Shown piece after piece: positions 39,910 through 47,436 of a stretch of DNA of 64,000 bases. The notes under the pieces were generated by a model. The model was given only the letters and a program-made list of their open reading frames with translations, was not told the DNA's origin and did not search any database. How positions within the stretch are numbered: the stretch's first letter is position 1; the number at the start of each line of letters is the position of its first letter. The stretch spans positions 1,636-65,635 of the forward strand of contig DJAM01000060.1 of NCBI GenBank assembly GCA_002429595.1. The letters run 5' to 3'. Made by a program: the position numbers and the translations under genes. Origin of the DNA: Coxiellaceae bacterium UBA6002 (GTDB lineage Bacteria; Pseudomonadota; Gammaproteobacteria; UBA6002).

Positions 39910-40794
39910 ATGAAACGCATTCTTTTTAATTTGTTTGCCGATGAGAACTTGATTCATACGATCAAAATGCATACAGACAGTCGCATTGGAAAAATGATAA
40001 TACGTCAATTTCCCGATGAAGAAACCTATTTGAAAATTGAATTAGATGTGAAAGGGGATGAAGTTATCGTTGTTGCAAGTTTGGATAGACCCAATGCTAA
40101 AATGATACCTTTATTATTTTTTGCAAAAACTGCGAGGGATTTAGGTGCAAAACGCGTGAGTCTTTTAGCACCTTATCTTCCTTATATGCGCCAAGACCAA
40201 GTATTTAATCCAGGAGAAGGAATAACTTCTGATTATTTTGCTTCGCTTTTATCCAATTATTTCGATGAGTTAATCACAATAGATCCTCATCTACATCGAA
40301 AAAAATCACTCAACGAAATTTATACTATACCCACAGTTGTGTTATCTGCGGCTGATGAAATAGCAAAATGGATCAAACATCATGTTAACAAGCCGATTTT
40401 AATAGGACCCGACCAAGAAAGCGAGCAGTGGGTTTCGACTATAGCACAAAAAGCGGATGCACCCTTTGTTGTATTAGAAAAAACACGAAAAGGTGATAAA
40501 GAGGTTGAGGTTTCAATTCCTCACATTGATCAATATAAAATACACACGCCTGTTTTAATTGACGATATTATTTCGACAGCAAGAACAATGATTGAAACAG
40601 TTAAACATGTTAAAAATGCAAAAATGAAATCACCCATTTGTATTGGTGTTCATGCTATTTTTTCTGGCGATGCGTATCACGATTTATTAGCAGCAGGGGC
40701 AGTCAAGGTGATTACCTGTAATACGATTAAACATGAATCAAACGCGATTGATTTGAGTGAGATCATTATAGATTACTTGAAGCATAAAAGATGA
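39910..40794 (+). CDS. Ribose-phosphate pyrophosphokinase-like protein (Prs family)
   Basis: FPDEE, YLPYMRQDQ, DPHLH and IDDIISTART motifs. The start codon abuts the upstream stop. Confidence 0.8.
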   Translation: MKRILFNLFADENLIHTIKMHTDSRIGKMIIRQFPDEETYLKIELDVKGDEVIVVASLDRPNAKMIPLLFFAKTARDLGAKRVSLLAPYLPYMRQDQVFNPGEGITSDYFASLLSNYFDELITIDPHLHRKKSLNEIYTIPTVVLSAADEIAKWIKHHVNKPILIGPDQESEQWVSTIAQKADAPFVVLEKTRKGDKEVEVSIPHIDQYKIHTPVLIDDIISTARTMIETVKHVKNAKMKSPICIGVHAIFSGDAYHDLLAAGAVKVITCNTIKHESNAIDLSEIIIDYLKHKR

Positions 40795-40838
40795 AGAAAG
40801 GATTCAGAATAGAGTTGTAAAATCTTAAGGAAGTTATT

Positions 40839-41735
40839 ATGTCGCTTTACAATATTGCACACGACGAAATTCAAAAAATCATTCGTGAACTAGATCAAGC
40901 ACTTTATAATCATCAACAATGGTATAAAGAATTAGTGCGCACCCTTATTTGTAAGCTCTCTGGTGACAAGCATGATATGAATTCTGAAGCCCATAAGGAA
41001 TGTCGATTTGGACAGTGGTACTATGATCAGGCTCATCCTGCCTTACGAGATCATCCCGGTTTCATTGCAATTGGTGAACAACATCAACGAATGCATCAAG
41101 CGGCTGCTCGTTTATTAAGTGCATCAGAGATCGGCATTCCGCCTGCTGAATATGATAGCTTTGCGAATGTCCTTGAACGGATGCGACTCGAAATAGATGC
41201 CTTAAAACGTGAACTTGAAGAATTACTCTATAAACGAGATCCACTCACGGGAGCCATTAGTCGAATTGATATGCTACCTATATTACGTGAGCAACAGGAA
41301 TTATCAAAACGACAAGGAATATCCTGTTGTCTAACTATGATGGATCTGGATCTATTTAAACATGTCAATGATCAATACGGACATGCGACAGGTGATCAAG
41401 TATTGGCCGCATCAGCGCGTTATGTGATAGAACACCTTCGTCCATATGACAAAGTATTTCGTTATGGCGGGGAAGAATTCCTGATTTTTATTCAACAAAT
41501 CGAATTGCAAGCAGCTTATGAGGTCATCGAAAAGATACGTCAAGGATTAGCAGATACGCCAATTCATATTGGTCAAGCAGAACCTATTCACATCACTGCA
41601 TCATTTGGTTTAACAAAGCTTGATACACATTCTCCCATTGAACAATCTATTGATTATGCTGATAAGGCTATGTATGAAGCCAAATCCTCTGGGCGTAATT
41701 GTACAAAAATTTGGGATGAAAAAAAATGCCGATGA
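40839..41735 (+). CDS. Diguanylate cyclase with N-terminal CZB (zinc-binding) sensor domain, DgcZ-like
   Basis: HKECRFGQWYY plus HQRMH (HxxxH) are CZB ligand motifs. RYGGEEF is the GGDEF active site. Confidence 0.8.
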   Translation: MSLYNIAHDEIQKIIRELDQALYNHQQWYKELVRTLICKLSGDKHDMNSEAHKECRFGQWYYDQAHPALRDHPGFIAIGEQHQRMHQAAARLLSASEIGIPPAEYDSFANVLERMRLEIDALKRELEELLYKRDPLTGAISRIDMLPILREQQELSKRQGISCCLTMMDLDLFKHVNDQYGHATGDQVLAASARYVIEHLRPYDKVFRYGGEEFLIFIQQIELQAAYEVIEKIRQGLADTPIHIGQAEPIHITASFGLTKLDTHSPIEQSIDYADKAMYEAKSSGRNCTKIWDEKKCR

Positions 41736-41853
41736 CTCTCAATGAAACATTATTGAATGTTCATTAAAAACGAATTAAATGATATTGATTTAAGTGAGAC
41801 AACTGTGAAAAAACTTAAAGAATTTTTGAAATTAAATAATAATAGCGAACAAA

Positions 41854-42387
41854 ATGACTAATAGTCTATTAGTATTTAATACCGGATCATCGAGTATTAA
41901 ATTTGCGTTATTTGCTATCGATGAAGAACGTTTTAATTTGAAATCTGTTATTCGCGGGCAGATAGAATCCTTAGGTGAAAACCCTCATTTTTTTATCAAA
42001 GATGCTGCTAACATGACTTTACATGATGAATTATATTCACTCGTGCAAAAAGATTTAAGCTTAGCACTTACAGATGCAATTAAAAAAGTTTTTGGGTGGT
42101 TAGATCAGCATCTTGCTCACTATAAAATCCAAGTTGTGGGTCATCGCGTCGTACATGGCGGCGATCTCTATAAAGAGCCTATTCAAATTAATAAAGACAT
42201 TATCAGCCAATTAGAAAAATTCAATCCGCTTGCACCTTTGCATCAACCTTTTAATCTAGCTGCAATTAAAGCGGTGAATAAGCACTATCCTGGATTGTGT
42301 CAGGTCGCTTGTTTTGATACGGCATTTCACCAAACCCAAAATCCGCTTACACAGGCCTATGCATTACCTCACGATGGGGCAACCTGA
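41854..42387 (+). pseudogene. ackA: Acetate kinase 5' fragment (about the first 170 codons)
   Basis: LVFNTGSSSIKFALF ... CFDTAFHQT ... AYALP, after which homology ends and a stop follows. Full-length AckA is about 400 aa. Confidence 0.8.
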
Positions 42388-43309
42388 GGTGGTAGAAGTA
42401 GTAACAGTACCGACTGTGACTCAAGAAACAGTGCTTGCGGCAGCCGCAGCCGTAGAACAAGGATCAGAACATCCTTTGGCACAGGCCATATTGCGACGAG
42501 CCGATAAAATCCCGCTAGATGCGGCTGTGGCTTTTACCAACATTGATGGCCAAGGCGCGCAAGCTGAAGTTGCTGGGCAACAGATATTACTCGGTAATCG
42601 GAAATTAATGGATGCGCAAAAAATCAACATGGCAGGTCTTTCAGAAAAAGCGAAAGAACTCCAGGGAGCGGGACGAACGGTTGTGCATGTGGCTCAAAAT
42701 GGCAAGCTCATTGGATTGATTGCAATTGCTGATGCGATAAGGCCCACTTCGGCTGCTACTGTTAAAGCGCTACAAGCGCGCAATGTGCAAGTTGCTATGC
42801 TAACAGGCGACAATCGCGGTACGGCAGAGCGCATTGCCGGAGAGCTTGGCATCAATATTGTACTTGCCGATGTGCTGCCTGGACAGAAAGCGGATAAGGT
42901 CAAGGAATTGCAGGCGCAAGGCAAAAAGGTGGGTATGGTTGGAGATGGGATCAATGATGCACCTGCCCTTACGCAAGCAGATGTCGGCTTTGCAATTGGT
43001 GCAGGCACGGATGTAGCCATGGAAAGTGCCGATGTCGTACTGATGAAGAGTGATCCATTCGATGTAGTGTGCGCCATCACGCTCTCGCGTGCTACCCTTC
43101 GCAAAATGCATCAGAACTTGTTTTGGGCAGTGGCCTATAATGTCGCTGCCTTTCCGCTTGCAGCAGGCGTATTCTATCCGATTACCGTCAGTCCAGAAGT
43201 TGCAGCACTGGCTATGTCGGGAAGTACCGTCCTGGTTGCCATCAACGCATTACTGCTAAAGCGCACGCACCTGGAAGGTGTCCGCCGTTTCTTGCCAGGA
43301 AGAAGGTGA
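42370..43309 (+). pseudogene. 3' fragment of a GC-rich P1B-type ATPase (P1B-3/CopB-like signature) lacking everything upstream of the phosphorylation loop
   Basis: Begins at ..LTMGQPEVVEVV, just after where DKTGT would be. Followed by GSEHPLAQAI, GDGINDAPAL, AYN and MSGSTVLVAIN (MSxSTx5N). Visibly higher GC than the flanks. Confidence 0.8.
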
Positions 43310-43324
43310 CTAGATTGTTCATTT

Positions 43325-46126
43325 TTAGAACAAAACGGACAATCCTAAAGTCAGCGTATCTTCTGTTGTCGACTCGCCTTGTTTACGCTGAATGCGTTTA
43401 AATGCGCCATAGTCATCATCATGTTCATATTCAGTAAAGATATTTAACCCCGGCTTTAGTCGATAATAAGGTCTAATGGTGTAACGCATTTGATTTAAAC
43501 CACTACCAAGCTCATCTTCTTCAACGGTTTTGGTCGCGAAAATACTACGGATACCCGTTCGAATAAAAAAGTTATTGGTAATCTGGGTATCACGCTGGAG
43601 CTCAATGTCGAATTTGACACTGCCCTCGTGGCAATAGATTCTGACATTGGTATCAATAAAATACGGCATCAAGCCTTCAATACCCACACCCGGTTGCCAA
43701 TAAGGTCCTCCGGGACGATAAAAATAATTCACACCGCCTTTAATGGCCCAAAACTGGCTAATCAGATGCCAATAAAAAATGTCGATGTCAGCATTTTCTA
43801 CCGATCCTTCTTTGATCTCTGCATCATCGGTATAGAGTTCAAGCTTGTTGTAATCACCACCATATAAGCCTTTAAACGTCATCTCTTGTACGTTATGGTA
43901 AGGGTCCTCACCGACATCTAAGAAACTTGCCAGATAAAATCCTTGATGATGTCCTATCGGATGATGAATAAGCGAGGGATCAAGGGGCATGGTGATATCT
44001 TCTCTGACAATCGGTCGATTGATATATTGTTGAGAAAAAGCATAATCCTCTGGTCTAGCACACCCGTGTGCCATCTCAATGATTGTCTCATACTGAAATA
44101 CTCGTGCCATGCCAGCCATCATGTGATAAAGATGGTGGCAATGGAAAAACCATTGTCCACTGGCATCGGTATCTATATCCGCCACCGCTGTTGCACCCGG
44201 AGGCACTTCAATGGTATGCAATAAGGGATCATAGGCGTCATGGCCATTGCGTAAAATAAACCAGTGACCATGAATGTGCATGGGATGGCGCATCATGGAA
44301 TTATTGGTAAAGACAATCCGATACCGTTTGCCAGGTTCGATCATGATAGGGTGTGCTCTGTATTCAGGTAACCCGTTAATAAACCAAATAAAGCGATCCA
44401 TATAACCAAATAATTCCATTTTGATTACACCATCTACAGGTTTATTCGGGTCGTTAGTTTGAACACTTGCAGTTAAATCTTGATATTTCGTTCCCATGGT
44501 CATAGCCTTGGAGGAGTCGGGGTGACAGATGCTATCGCCGATGATGGACGGTTCGGTTGGCATTTGCATATCCATGTCCATATCCATGTCATTTTTCATG
44601 GATTTATCATGGTTCATCTTCATGCCGTTTTTCATTTTCATATTACCGGACATCGATGTATGTTTGGTAGGGGTAGGCATTTTTTCCATGGATGCTTTTG
44701 AATGCTGCATAGCTTGATGAGGCGATTTATCGGCTGTAGATGGGTTATTCATCTTCATGGATCCATCACCCATACCCGGCATGTTCATCTTATGTTTCAT
44801 CGGGTTAAACGATGATTCAGATTTCCTCCTTTGTGAGGAATGACCAGCGTGATCTGAGTTACTATTTCCCGCCATTGATTTCATGGTGTGTTGCGGAGTT
44901 GCCGAACCACTTCCCATCGAATGGGATGGCATAGCCATATCATGTTTCATTCCCTCCGATGTTCCAGTCATTTTCATTTTGCCATTGGTTTTCATATTCA
45001 TTGAGCCATGATCCATTGACATCATCATATTGGCCATCATTTCTCTGGTCACAGGTAAAGGTTCAGGAAACGGTGAGACTTGGTTGTAAGGAATAGGCTG
45101 GCAGGGATCAACGACTAAGGCACCATATGCTTTGCCAAGCGTATCAATAGATTCAGCATAAATAATATAAGGCATCTGTTTTTGTATTTTAACTAACACA
45201 TCATAGGTTTCACCCGGTGCAATAGTGAAATCTTTAATGCTATACGCTTTTACATCGTTACCTTGCACATGCACCATTTCCATATTTGCGCAATGGATTT
45301 TAACGCGATAAATTGTGCTGCCTGCAGCACCAATAAATCGTAGGCGTACCGTATCACCCATTCTCACAGGCGCTGTCCAGGGGCAGTGTTTGGATTGACC
45401 ATTTAATAAATACGTATCATAGGCCACATCGCTGATATCATAAATACTCATACGCATTTGCTGCATCATTTTATAATCATCAAGTAATTTTTTGCGTTCT
45501 TTTGGACACGCCTTTCCATAATCATAGAGAAACTTTGTAAGCGAGGGCTGCAGCGGAAAGCGAGGTGAAAAATAATCGCCATCTTTTTTGAGTTTTAGAA
45601 AAATGTTATGTCCACCCATGTCACTCCAATCCGACAGAACAACCACATAATCTTTGGTGTATTTGTAATGGGAAGCTGAAGGTGGATCAATCACAAATGC
45701 GCCATATAAACCATCTTGTTCTTGAGCCCCCGCATGGGCATGATACCAATAGGTTCCTCTTTGATAGAGCTTAAACCGGTAATGGAAAACACAGCCCGGC
45801 GGAATGGCTTTTTGATTGACGCCTTCTACACCATCCATTTGCCAAGGAACTAGGATGCCATGCCAATGAATCGAGCTACCTGTATCCAAATGGTTGTATA
45901 CGTTGAGGGTAACATCATCTCCTTCTTTGAAATGCAATGTTGGCGCAGGGATTTGATTATTAACCGCAATGGCGCAAGAAGGGCAGCCAGTAAAATTGAC
46001 GGTTTTATACCCAATGTGCAAATCGACAACTCGATTTTCAGCCAGAGCGCATGGGTTAAAAAAGCTGAATACTAAAATGAAAAAAAACGTGACTGTTAAT
46101 AGATGCAAAAATTGTGTATTTTTCAT
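43325..46126 (-). CDS. Multicopper oxidase (CopA/PcoA-like) fused in frame to a CopB/PcoB-like outer-membrane domain
   Basis: Residues 1-679 carry HWHG, HPMHIHGH and HCHHLYHMMAGM plus a Met/His-rich insert. Residues ~720-933 carry CopB-like motifs (GGDYNKLELY, FWAIKGGVNY, GIEGLMPYF, LGSGLN, terminal F). Single uninterrupted ORF. Confidence 0.8.
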   Translation of the reverse strand: MKNTQFLHLLTVTFFFILVFSFFNPCALAENRVVDLHIGYKTVNFTGCPSCAIAVNNQIPAPTLHFKEGDDVTLNVYNHLDTGSSIHWHGILVPWQMDGVEGVNQKAIPPGCVFHYRFKLYQRGTYWYHAHAGAQEQDGLYGAFVIDPPSASHYKYTKDYVVVLSDWSDMGGHNIFLKLKKDGDYFSPRFPLQPSLTKFLYDYGKACPKERKKLLDDYKMMQQMRMSIYDISDVAYDTYLLNGQSKHCPWTAPVRMGDTVRLRFIGAAGSTIYRVKIHCANMEMVHVQGNDVKAYSIKDFTIAPGETYDVLVKIQKQMPYIIYAESIDTLGKAYGALVVDPCQPIPYNQVSPFPEPLPVTREMMANMMMSMDHGSMNMKTNGKMKMTGTSEGMKHDMAMPSHSMGSGSATPQHTMKSMAGNSNSDHAGHSSQRRKSESSFNPMKHKMNMPGMGDGSMKMNNPSTADKSPHQAMQHSKASMEKMPTPTKHTSMSGNMKMKNGMKMNHDKSMKNDMDMDMDMQMPTEPSIIGDSICHPDSSKAMTMGTKYQDLTASVQTNDPNKPVDGVIKMELFGYMDRFIWFINGLPEYRAHPIMIEPGKRYRIVFTNNSMMRHPMHIHGHWFILRNGHDAYDPLLHTIEVPPGATAVADIDTDASGQWFFHCHHLYHMMAGMARVFQYETIIEMAHGCARPEDYAFSQQYINRPIVREDITMPLDPSLIHHPIGHHQGFYLASFLDVGEDPYHNVQEMTFKGLYGGDYNKLELYTDDAEIKEGSVENADIDIFYWHLISQFWAIKGGVNYFYRPGGPYWQPGVGIEGLMPYFIDTNVRIYCHEGSVKFDIELQRDTQITNNFFIRTGIRSIFATKTVEEDELGSGLNQMRYTIRPYYRLKPGLNIFTEYEHDDDYGAFKRIQRKQGESTTEDTLTLGLSVLF

Positions 46127-46240
46127 GTAAATTCCATTTCATGGGTTCAATTTTATTGAATGCGGCTTCGTGTCTTCGTATCGCACTAGTTTAATTAAAT
46201 TGATCCTAAAGCTAAAAGCTTTTCTCAAAAATTTATTTTT

Positions 46241-46675
46241 TCATTTAGAACCAGGCTTCTTGAGCAATCGAGTGATTACCGGGTAAATGAATAAACCAGC
46301 GAGCATACCCACTACGAAATAAACAGCATCTAGAATACCTAAACCTAGTGCAGTCATTGCAGGCCCCGGACAATAACCCGCAAGTCCCCAACCGATACCA
46401 AAGATGGCAGATCCTATCATCAGTTTTGCATCGATGGATTTTTTTTCGGAGAGAAAAAATTTTTCGGCTAATTTAGGGTGTGGTTGGCGCATAACAAATC
46501 GATAACCCAACCACGTCACAACAACAGCACTTAACATCACCAATGCTAAGCTAGGATCCCAATTTCCGGTGATGTCTAAAAAATTGAGTATCTTATTTGC
46601 ATTTATCATTTGCGAAATGGTTAAGCCAAAACCAAATAATAATCCGCACAATAAGGCTGCAAGATTATATATCAT
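46241..46675 (-). CDS. YeeE/YedE-family half-size membrane protein (second of pair)
   Basis: MIYNLAALLCGLLFGFGLTISQM...GYCPGPA. ATG 46675 gives an ATGA overlap with the upstream partner. Confidence 0.7.
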   Translation of the reverse strand: MIYNLAALLCGLLFGFGLTISQMINANKILNFLDITGNWDPSLALVMLSAVVVTWLGYRFVMRQPHPKLAEKFFLSEKKSIDAKLMIGSAIFGIGWGLAGYCPGPAMTALGLGILDAVYFVVGMLAGLFIYPVITRLLKKPGSK

Positions 46676-47100
46676 GCCATATTCCTTATATGGCGTATAA
46701 CATAAACACTCAGTAAACCGAATGCAAAAAATATAAGTGTTGCGACAAGGGAACGCCGTGACATTCGTGCAATGCCACAGACGCCATGACCACTGGTACA
46801 TCCTCCACTTAGCCTAGTCCCAATACCGACCAAAAATCCTGCTAACAGCAATAAACTGATTGGATAGTTTGTGCGAGGAATAAAATGAATTTGTGGAAAT
46901 AGATAATAGATAAAGCTTCCTAAAATGAGTCCCGTAAGAAATAGTACTCGCCAGAGAAAATCGCTTTTATGAGGCGGGAACAAGCCATGAAATATGCCAC
47001 TAATTCCGGCAATTCGACCATTTAGCCAAAGCAGTAGTATTGCGCTTAAGCCAATGAATGCACCGCCGATTAAAGAACTAACGGGTGTGAAATTTTGCAT
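46672..47100 (-). CDS. YeeE/YedE-family half-size membrane protein (first of pair)
   Basis: LIGGAFIGLSAILLLWLNGRIAGISGI and GGCTSGHGVCG motifs. Confidence 0.75.
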   Translation of the reverse strand: MQNFTPVSSLIGGAFIGLSAILLLWLNGRIAGISGIFHGLFPPHKSDFLWRVLFLTGLILGSFIYYLFPQIHFIPRTNYPISLLLLAGFLVGIGTRLSGGCTSGHGVCGIARMSRRSLVATLIFFAFGLLSVYVIRHIRNMA

Positions 47101-47436
47101 AGTATTCCTTATGTGCTTTTTGGTCCTTGCTGCTTATTTTTGACTCAAAAGGTACAAAAACGATGGCTATCAATTACATACACTAGAAATAAGCATTAAA
47201 TCAAATTTAGTATGAGAATATAAGCAAATTGTACTATATTTATATTATCCCCGAGCCTCTATTTGTCAGTAGACCCTGGTTTGGTGGCAAGTGTGTTGTT
47301 ATGCATGGTTAGCCCAGCCTGACGTACATGTTACAATCACGTAGATTATTGAAAAGTGATGCTGCGGATTGTGCGGAGACTCGAGGACATTTCTATTCAG
47401 TTTATCTTGATTCAAATAAACGTAATTTACATATTA

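Noticed and set aside
42421-43111. Antisense and alternative-frame ORFs inside the GC-rich ATPase fragment (42421-42630, 42694-43104, 42800-43111, 42834-43016).
   Set aside because: Same GC artefact. No RBS and no recognisable domains.
44561-45043. Met/His-rich segment of the oxidase, as a possible separate small metallochaperone gene or DNA repeat.
   Set aside because: It is in frame and continuous with the flanking MCO domains. Met-rich inserts are normal in CopA/PcoA-type oxidases.
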